A stretch of 63,084 bases of DNA, the filler included, from Conidiobolus incongruus B7586 (Eukaryota): NCBI GenBank assembly GCA_000697335.1. It is 12 parts of 12 records of this genome, joined end to end, with 100 filler letters (N's around TTAATTAATTAA, not from the genome) between each part and the next. Parts side by side here need not be neighbours in the genome. Positions count along the whole stretch, not along the records: positions 49,011 to 55,237 come from JNEM01007436.1; positions 55,338 to 58,010 come from JNEM01007438.1; positions 58,111 to 59,292 come from JNEM01007441.1; positions 59,393 to 60,552 come from JNEM01007443.1; positions 60,653 to 63,084 come from JNEM01007444.1; 7 more parts are not named here. One strand, given 5' to 3'. The position numbers were made by a program, and so were the translations under genes. The notes beneath the pieces are model-generated. The model did no database searches, had not been told where the DNA came from, and saw nothing but the letters and a program-made list of their open reading frames with translations. Below, piece after piece: positions 54,280-63,084 of the stretch (its first letter is position 1; the number at the start of each line of letters is the position of its first letter).

Positions 54280-54785
54280 TGTTAATTACCTCTAAGATCC
54301 GCCAATGAGGAGCTGAAGAATTCACCACGAAGTCATCACATTGATGTATAAGGATTCCCCAACTCATTAGTAGACACAACCGCATTATCCAACGATTAAT
54401 TCCTGTAATTAACCAAGTTCCTTCCCATCTAACCATTACACATAGCAGGACAAATGCTAATCCGAATACTGATGTCTGAGGTGACTCTGCGAGGGGAACT
54501 TCTTTGAATGTTACAGGAGAGAAAATAGAATGTAACAGTACCATAGTGATAGTTAATTAATGTGAATAAAATATTATAACTCTGAGGAAACTATTTATTA
54601 ACTATTAGATCTGTTAAAGGAATGACCAGAATAGCTTATCTAGCTATTCTGATATGTTCTCTTATATTTCTTTTGTCCTTCTTTGTCCTTTTGTCTTGTA
54701 GTGATTATTTCAAGGGAAGTGGAACTTTAAATGTTCCTACTATATCCTGTTTTAGGTAATGTTATGTTGGCTTGTGATAATATCA
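54280..54785. mobile_element. Possible pair of solo-LTR-like segments (54280-54515 and 54531-54785)
   Basis: GC-richer island with TG...CA ends (TGTTAA...TGTTACA; TGTAACA...ATATCA) and TATA/AATAAA-like motifs; no target-site duplication found. Confidence 0.35.
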
Positions 54786-55494
54786 TAATTTTGTTATTTA
54801 TAGTTTAAATTATAAACTATTTAACCTTGTTGAAATTAAATTTAAATGAAATTTTTAATATATTTTGATTATTAACTTTTTATTATATTACTAACAAACT
54901 TTTAATATTTAATATATAATTATTTTTATTAAAGTTCAAAATTTATTGTTTTATAAATATATTTTTTTTATTTTTTAAAATAATTAGAGTTATATTAGTT
55001 GAAATTTAATGAATATTTTAGATATAATGATTTTTACAAATGATTTTTAATTAAAATATCATTTATAACTTTAATTTTATATATTTTATTATTATTAAAT
55101 AAAATAAATAAATATTCTCAGATAATACTAAAAATAATTATGGAAAAATATAATATTTATTATTAATTGATTTTTATTTAATAATTTAATAAAGATAAAA
55201 GTATTATTATTATTCATTATAACAAATAATATTTCTTNNNNNNNNNNNNNNNNNNNNNNNNNNNNNNNNNNNNNNNNNNNNTTAATTAATTAANNNNNNN
55301 NNNNNNNNNNNNNNNNNNNNNNNNNNNNNNNNNNNNNTTTTAATTAATAATTAAATAAATTATAAATATTGAATTAATTAAAACTATAATATATAATTTA
55401 GATATATTATTTAATAATTAATAAATATCTTTAGATATATCTTATAAATATATAAATAAAGGTTATTAATATAGTATAAAAGAAAACTTATTAT

Positions 55495-55839
55495 GAAGGT
55501 AATATTATATAAACTATAATGATATAATATAGAATATAATATAAAAATATAAACAAAGTTTAATTAAGCTTTAAATTAAGATAAATCATTAATATATTTA
55601 GACTTATATTATATAGCACCAATATTCTTTAATATTAATAAAATATAATTTCAATTATAAAAATAATATAAAAGATAAAAAATAATAGAAATTGAGAAAA
55701 AAAAACCTAATATATTAAATAGTTCAATATTATTTATACTATTAATTTAATCAAAAAAATATAAATTAATTATATAATTTATAATTAATTAAATTATAAA
55801 GAAATATAAATAAGAATTTAAAAAATTAGTCTTTCAATA
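55495..55839 (-). mobile_element. More decayed copy of the LTR family at 27577
   Basis: Reverse complement of ~27577-27920, e.g. AAACAAAGTTTAATTAAGCTT and AAGAATTTA...TAGTCT. Confidence 0.7.
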
Positions 55840-56054
55840 CTCCTTTAGTAAGTTTCTTAAAAAAGACATATTTTTTATATTTTTACAAATAAGTATAATA
55901 TTTTGAGATATTTTTAATATTTTCTAAAGGTTTTTATATAGCTTTTTTAATAGAATAACTTATTTATTTTATATAAAAATAAAGTTTATTCCGAATAAAT
56001 TTATATTTAATGATATAATTAACATAGTATTTTTCTTCTTTATTTTAATTATTA

Positions 56055-57355
56055 CTTTGTAATTTAAATAATGGGAATTTTTTGTGATTGAAAAAAAATA
56101 AATATTTTAATATATAAAAAGTAAAAATGAATATATATTATATAATTAATAGTTTCCTTTATTTCTAATAACTTTTTGTTATACTTTTAGCAAAGATCTA
56201 ACACTTAAAAAACAGTTCTTTTTATTAAGGACTAAAATTTGATGTTTTACAAACTAATTAAATTTTTCTGCAAAAATTTTCTTTCCTATAAGCTGGTTTT
56301 TTAATTGCTTAAAACAATTATAATCACATGGGTTATAATCTAAGGAATATACTGGATATGGTAATTTTTTCCAGTTATTTTTAATTAGAAAGTTTTTTAC
56401 AACTTTAGATTTATGTATTTTGTAATTATTATGTAAAATAATAGGTCTTCTCAAATTATATCAAGAATACCAATTAGAAATAGTTGTATTTAAAAAGAAT
56501 TTAAAGTTTACTATTAATGGATTTTCATTTAAGAACTAAATAAGAATAGCATATGACATTATAATCCATTGTTATAATTAACATTTACTTATCAATAAAG
56601 TGTTTATTTAAAGGAATTTGTGGAGGGAGTTGATTTAGCTTAATCCAACACCTTGATTTATGTTTTGGCAAAGGATTATACAAAGGAATCTAAGATTCAT
56701 CAATTGTAATAATTCACTGTAAAAGCCTTGGTTTCTAGCTATACATTAGTAAGTTTTGTTTAGCAATAGCTACTCTAGCTTTTTTTAAGCTTTAGTTAAA
56801 TTATAAGGTACCTATTTTATATTTTTATTAATTAATTTTAATTTAAACTTTAATATATATAAAATACTTATATGACTAATATTAAAATATCTTGATAGTT
56901 CTCTTACTGAAATAAAAAGGTGCTTTTCAATATAATTTTTTACTTTATTAATCATTAAAAAAGTGATAGTTGAAATTAGTTTTCTAGATTTTAGCAGGTT
57001 TTGGGTAGTTTCTTTCCTAGCCTTAAAGTAATTTACCCAGCAATAAATTGTTGATTTAGATGATACTTCATTACCAAAAGCTGTTTGTAAATTTTGAATG
57101 ATTTTAGAGGGTTTGTGGTTAAGTTTTATTGATACTAAAATAAAAAACTTTTGATGGTTATTATTTGGTTTAAACATGATTATATTAAATAACTAATTTT
57201 AAAAAATTAATTTTTTAATCAAAAAAATTATTATATATATATAATTCAAAATTATTTATTTTCTTATTTGTTTTGTATATATTTGCTCATTTGAAACTAA
57301 TAATATGTTTGAAAAATTAGAAATTAAAAAATTTCCAATTTCTTCAATTCTATGG
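56055..57355 (-). mobile_element. Mariner (DD34D) family A, best-preserved full-length copy; transposase pseudogene starts at 57177
   Basis: TA-flanked TIRs; HTH N-terminus; K*VPYNL (=WVPHxL), IITIDES*I, LHNNYKIH (=LHDN), YSLDYNPCDY (=YSPDxxPxD); 34 residues between the 2nd and 3rd catalytic positions. Confidence 0.93.
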
Positions 57356-58110
57356 TAATAATAATTAAATCTAGTTTTAAAATCTTTGATCAATAAAAAA
57401 ATATATGAAAAATTTCAAAATAAGGTTTGATTTTAAATATATAAAAAGGAAAGTTAATCCTTAAAATTAAAGATAATTCTAAAATAATATTTTTAAAATT
57501 TAAATCAATAAATTAAATCATATAGGGATTATAATATATTAATAAGTATTTTAGATTTGAGCTAAATTTAAGTAAAATAAGTTTAATGGTAGATTATTCT
57601 AGATAAATAAATATATTAATTATATGTTTAAGATGATTTCTAAATAACTTTAAAAATTATTGTTTTATAATCTTTTAATTTTATTCTAAGTTAAATTTAA
57701 TATGGGAATTAATATATTTGATATTAGATTAATATTCAATAATATCTAATGATAAATTAATTTAAAATTTTAAACGATTATTAAATTAAGGTATTTGTTA
57801 TAATTAATGAAATAAAAGTTAAAACTAGTTGATTATTAATAAAAGTATTAAATAAATACTAAAGTTGGTAAATATAGCTATTTTAATTTAACTGATTAAT
57901 ATTAATATAACTTTTAATTATTTATTTTAAAGTTTTAATAATTTTTTTAAATAGTTTATTAGTTTAATGATAATTAATAATAGATATAATTAGGTTAATT
58001 TTAAAAGAAANNNNNNNNNNNNNNNNNNNNNNNNNNNNNNNNNNNNNNNNNNNNTTAATTAATTAANNNNNNNNNNNNNNNNNNNNNNNNNNNNNNNNNN
58101 NNNNNNNNNN

Positions 58111-59226
58111 TAATATATAAAAATAAATATATAATATAAATTTAATAGTTTCTTTTATTATTAATAACTTTTTGCTATATTTTTAACAAAGATCTAATAC
58201 CTAAAAAACAGTTCTTTTTATTATAAACTGAAATTTGATATTTTACAAACTAATTAAATTTTTCTATAGAAATTTTCTTTCTTGGAAGCTGGTTTTTTAA
58301 TTGCCTAAAGCAATTATAATTACATAGGTTATAATCTAAAGAATATACTAGATATAGTAGTTTTTTCTAGTTATTTTTAATTAGAAAGTTTTTTACAGCT
58401 TTAGATTTATGAATTTTACAATTATTATGCAAAATAATAGGTTTTCTCAAATTATATTGAGAATATCAATTAGAAATACTTTTATTTAAAAAAGTAATAT
58501 AAAGTTTATTATTAATTAATTTTCCTTCAGGAACTAAATAAGAGTAGCATATACTATTATAATCTGATACAATAATTAACATTTGCTTATTAGTAAAATA
58601 TTTATTTAAAGGGATTTTTAGAGGGGGTTGATTTAGCTTAATCTAACATCTTGATTTGTGTTTTAGTAAAGGATTATACATAGGGATCTAAGATTCATCA
58701 ATTGTAATTATTCACTGTAAAAGTTTAGGTTTCTGGTAATATTTTAGTAAGTTTTGTTTAACAATAGCTACTCTAGCTTTTTTCTAAACTTTAGTTAAAT
58801 TATAAGGTATTTATTTTATATTTTTATTTATTAATTTGAGTTTAAACTTTAATATATATAAAATACTTATAAAACTAATATTAAAGTGCTTAGATAATTC
58901 TTTAACTGAAATAAAAAAGTGCTTTTCAATTTATTTTTTCACTTTATTAACAATTGAAAAAGTAACAGTTGAAATTAGTCTTCTAGATTTTAACAGATTT
59001 TAGATAGTTTTTTTTTAGCTTTAAAGTAATTTACCTAGCAATAAATTGTTGATTTAGATAATATTTCATTACCAAAAGCTGCTTGTAAATTTTAAATAAT
59101 TTTAGAGGGCTTATAGTTAAGTTTTATTGATACTAAAATAAAAAACTTTTGATGATTACTATTTAGTTTAAATATAATTAAATTAAACAACCAATTTTAA
59201 AAAGTTAATTTTTTAATCAAAAAAAT

Positions 59227-59266
<40 letters not shown>

Positions 59267-59292
59267 TATATAATTTCCTATTAACTTTGTAT
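58111..59292 (-). mobile_element. Mariner family A copy bounded by gaps
   Basis: Colinear with ~56110-57280. Confidence 0.9.
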
Positions 59293-59392
59293 NNNNNNNN
59301 NNNNNNNNNNNNNNNNNNNNNNNNNNNNNNNNNNNNTTAATTAATTAANNNNNNNNNNNNNNNNNNNNNNNNNNNNNNNNNNNNNNNNNNNN

Positions 59393-60476
59393 ATAGTTTT
59401 TTTTATTATTAATAACTTTTTACTATACTTTTAACAAACTTCTAACACTTAAAAAACAATTCTTTTTATTAAAAACTAAAATTTAATATTTCACAAACCA
59501 ATTAAATTTTCCTGTAGAAATTTTTTTTCTTGTAAGCTAGTTTTTTAATTGCCTAAAGTAATTATAATTACATAAGTTATAATCAAAAGAATATACTAGA
59601 TGTGGTAGTTTTTTCTAGTTATTTTTAATTAAAAAGTTTTTTATAGCTTTAGATTTATATATTTTACAATTATTATGTAAAATAATAGGTTTTTTCAAAT
59701 TATATTAAGAACACTAATTAGAAATACTTTTATTTAAAAAAACAATATATAATTTATTATTAATTGATTTTCTTTTAGGAATTAAATAAGAATAGCATAT
59801 ACTATTATAATTTATTATAATAATTAACATTCACTTATTAACAAAATGCTTATTTAAAGGGATTTATAAAGGGGGTTAATTTAGCTTAATCTAACATTTT
59901 GATTTATGTTTTAGTAAAAGATTATACATAAAGATTTAAGATTCATTAATTATAATTATTTGCTGTAAAAGTTTAAGCTTCTAGTAATATTTTAATAGGT
60001 TTTGTTTAACAATAGCTACTCTAGTTTTTTTTAAGCTTTAGTTAAATTATAAGGTATTTATTTTATATTTTTATTTATTAATTTTAGTTTAAACTTTAAA
60101 ATATATAAAATACTTATAAAACTAATATTAAAGTACTTAGATAATTTTCTAGCTGAAATAAAAAGTTGTTTTTTAATATATTTTTTCACTTTATTTACAA
60201 TTGAAAAAATAACAGTTAAAGTTAGTTTTCTAGATTTTAACATGTTTTGAATAATTTTTCTTTTAACCTTAAAGTAATTTACTTAGCAATAAATTGTTAA
60301 TTTAGATAATATTTTATTATTAAAAGTTTCTTGTAAATTTTAAATAATTTTAAAGGGTTTATAGTTAAGTTTTACTAATACAAAAATAAAAAACTTTTGA
60401 TGATTACTATTAAGTTTAAGTATAATTAAATTCAACAACCAATTTTAAAAAATTAAATTTTTAATCAAAAAAACTA

Positions 60477-60509
<33 letters not shown>

Positions 60510-60552
60510 TATAATTTCTTATTAACTTTGTATATATTTATTTATTTCAAAT
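59393..60552 (-). mobile_element. Mariner family A copy bounded by gaps
   Basis: Colinear with the other family A copies; ORF 60058-60243 is its HTH remnant. Confidence 0.9.
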
Positions 60553-60964
60553 NNNNNNNNNNNNNNNNNNNNNNNNNNNNNNNNNNNNNNNNNNNNTTAA
60601 TTAATTAANNNNNNNNNNNNNNNNNNNNNNNNNNNNNNNNNNNNNNNNNNNNTTTTTTATTATATTCATTTATTATTTTAATATAATTAAGCTTAAAAAT
60701 AGATATATTCTTATTATTATTCTTAATAAGTCTTATTATAGTTTATTAATTAATAATAGTAATTTTAATAATTTCAAAAGTTTTTTTACTTTTATTATTA
60801 AGTAAAATAATACATAAGGGAAATTACTTGAAAAAAAATTTAAATATAATAATACTAATAATCAAAATATAAAATATTAAAAATATAATATATAAAATAT
60901 TAATAAAAAGAAAAAAGATATATTAATATATATTAACCTATAAAAACAAGTCATAAAATTAATA

Positions 60965-62536
60965 CACTGACCTGCAAAAGTAAGTCATAAAATCAAAAAC
61001 ACCTATATTTTTACTAATAACTTGATTAATATTTAATGAAATAAACCTAAATTAAATAATTAAAATCTATTATATTTATTAGTTATATATATCATTAAAT
61101 GATGATATTTAGCTATTAATTGGCTAAAATATAAACCCTTAAATTTTACCTAAGATGAGTTATAAATTTGTGGGTTTTTGGTGATAAAAAAAATTAAAAC
61201 CTAGTGTATCCACCTTTAGCTTTTCTAACTTCTTTAAGTTTGTGGGGTATAGAATCAACTAACTTCTTACACTAAAAAGGGTTAATCTTGTTCTATGCTT
61301 CTTGAATATATTCTTAAAGTTGATCTAAATTTTTTGCTAGGGGGAAAGCTTTAATAACTTTTTTTAACTAATCCCAAAGGTGTTTAATTAGATTAAAGTT
61401 AAGAGATTGAAAAAGCCACTTTATAACTATTATCTTGTTATCTTTAAGTTATTTAGTAGTAGAAGTTATAGTATAGCAAGAAGCATTATCTTGCTGGAAA
61501 ATAACATTAGATTTGTTTAACCCATATTATTTAATGGTTTTTTTTAATTCATTGTTTAGAATACTATAGTATATCTCAACATTAATTCCCCCATTAACTT
61601 TACAAAGATACCCTACACCTAAAGACAATATACATCCCTAAATAATAATTGACCCATCACTATACTTTTGGGTAAAATTAACATGATGGTCATAAAGTAA
61701 TTTTGCATCTTTTTTAAAGTATCTAGCTTTTCTATCAGATTTACTAAAGTATATTTTTGTTTCATTAGACTAAATAACCTTACTCTAATCAGTTTTAATT
61801 TAGTATTAGTGGTGACATTTAAACTCCTATCTAGTTTTACAGTGGGATTTCTTTAGTTGGGGGTATTTTTTCTTGAGGTGTAAGTGGTATCCATGCTAAC
61901 ATAAAACATGTATAATAATATCAGTGCTAACTAATATTCTTGTATAGTCTTATAGTTCCTGCTATATTTCTATAGCAGTACTATACTTGCCTGTATTAAC
62001 TAACCTACAGATATACTTCTTATTATATTCATTTATAATTTTAGCACATTTAAGTTTAAGTTTAAATGTTTCTTTATTGCTATTCTTAACAACCTTAGCT
62101 ATAGTAGATTAGCTAACACTAGTAATTCTAGCAATATCACAAGTTGATTTACCTTCTTTATAAAGTTGATTGATACACAAGTAGATTTTTTTAAAGATGG
62201 ATTTAAGCATAATAATACTAATAAAAAAAATTTAGTATATTTGTAAAATATTATATAAAATAATAACAAAAAGAGAAAAAAGATATGGTTATATATTGTT
62301 AAATATATCCCTTTATCTCAAAAACCTGAAAATTTATAACTCACCTTGGTTAAATATTAAGGGTTAATATTTTTGCTAATAGTTTACTAAATATATCTAA
62401 ATATATTTATTTATTATTAAATAATATACCTTAATTATATATTATAGTTTCAAGTAATCTAATATATACAATTATTTTAGTTATTAATTAAAATATATAT
62501 ATTTTTGATTTTATGACTCACTTTTGCAGGTTGGTG
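60965..62536 (-). mobile_element. Tc1 (DD34E) family B, best-preserved full-length copy; transposase pseudogene 62210 to 61194
   Basis: 35-bp TIRs with 3 mismatches and a TA duplication. Translation gives VI*SNETK, KYSDGSIII*GC, FQQDNA, WLFQSLNFNLIKHLW and KAKGGYTRF*, i.e. Tc1 WSDETK, KHGGGSxxVWGC, FQQDNA, WPPQSPDLNPIEHLW. Confidence 0.95.
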
Positions 62537-62538
62537 TA

Positions 62539-63084
62539 TTATATATATTTTTATTAATAACTAAAATAATTATATATATTAGACTATCTAATACTATAAT
62601 ATATAATTAAGTTTTATTATTTAATAATAAATGAATATATTTAGATATATTTAATAAACTATTAGTAAAAATATCAATCATTAATATTTTACCAAGATAA
62701 ATAATAATTTTACAAGCTTTTAAAATAAAAGGATATATTTAACAATATATAACCATATCTTTTTTCTTTCTTAGTTATTATTTTATATAACATTTTATAT
62801 ATATTTTAAATTCTTTTTATTAATATTATTATATTTAACTCCCTCTTTAAAAAAATTTATTTGTGTATTAATTAACTTTATAAAAATATTAAATTAACTT
62901 ATAATATTATTAGAATTATTAGTATTAGCTAATTTATTATAATAAAGGTTATTAAGAATAGTAATAAGAATATATTTATACTTAAACTTAAATATAATAA
63001 GATTATAGATAAATATAATAAAAAATATATTTATAGGTTGGTTAATATAAATAAATATAATATTATTATAAAAATATCACAAGA
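62539..63084 (+). mobile_element. Older Tc1 family B copy whose TIR (60933-60962) was split off by the 60965-62536 insertion
   Basis: 60933-60962 joined to 62539 onward is colinear with 40451 onward. Confidence 0.82.

Noticed and set aside
54257..54544. 95-aa minus-strand ORF near the tRNA gene
   Set aside because: Lies in the LTR-like island and has no protein motif; probably incidental.
61194..62210. In-frame TAG/TAA at Trp and Gln positions suggesting an alternative genetic code
   Set aside because: Host genes end in TAA/TAG normally, and the stops vary between copies and fit G>A/C>T mutation.

Overview
Very AT-rich eukaryotic draft-assembly DNA with ~50-nt GT-AG introns and 11 scaffold gaps (44 N + TTAATTAATTAA + 44 N). 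The gene content suggests a fungus, probably an early-diverging one such as a Conidiobolus-like entomophthoralean (inference only). Host genes: a secreted DPBB/expansin-like protein with a 17-unit Thr-rich repeat, a SUN/GH132 protein, an ABCC transporter whose 5' end is lost in a gap, an MFS anion:cation symporter, a near-identical pair of 150-aa orphan genes, a five-exon aromatic L-amino acid decarboxylase, two convergent alpha/beta hydrolase paralogs, U2 snRNA and tRNA-Ile(AAU). Much of the rest is nested, decayed transposons: a DD34D mariner family, a DD34E Tc1 family and LTR fragments, most of them riddled with C>T/G>A transitions. The best leads are (1) a Fanzor2/TnpB-like nuclease fossil missed by the ORF track, with a structured putative omegaRNA at its 3' end (~35.7-36.3 kb); (2) RIP-like, multi-context hypermutation of TEs that spares duplicated host genes; (3) an ABCC protein with both ABC signature motifs degenerate; (4) an animal-type DD34D mariner. 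All translations and alignments were done by eye; no database searches were run.
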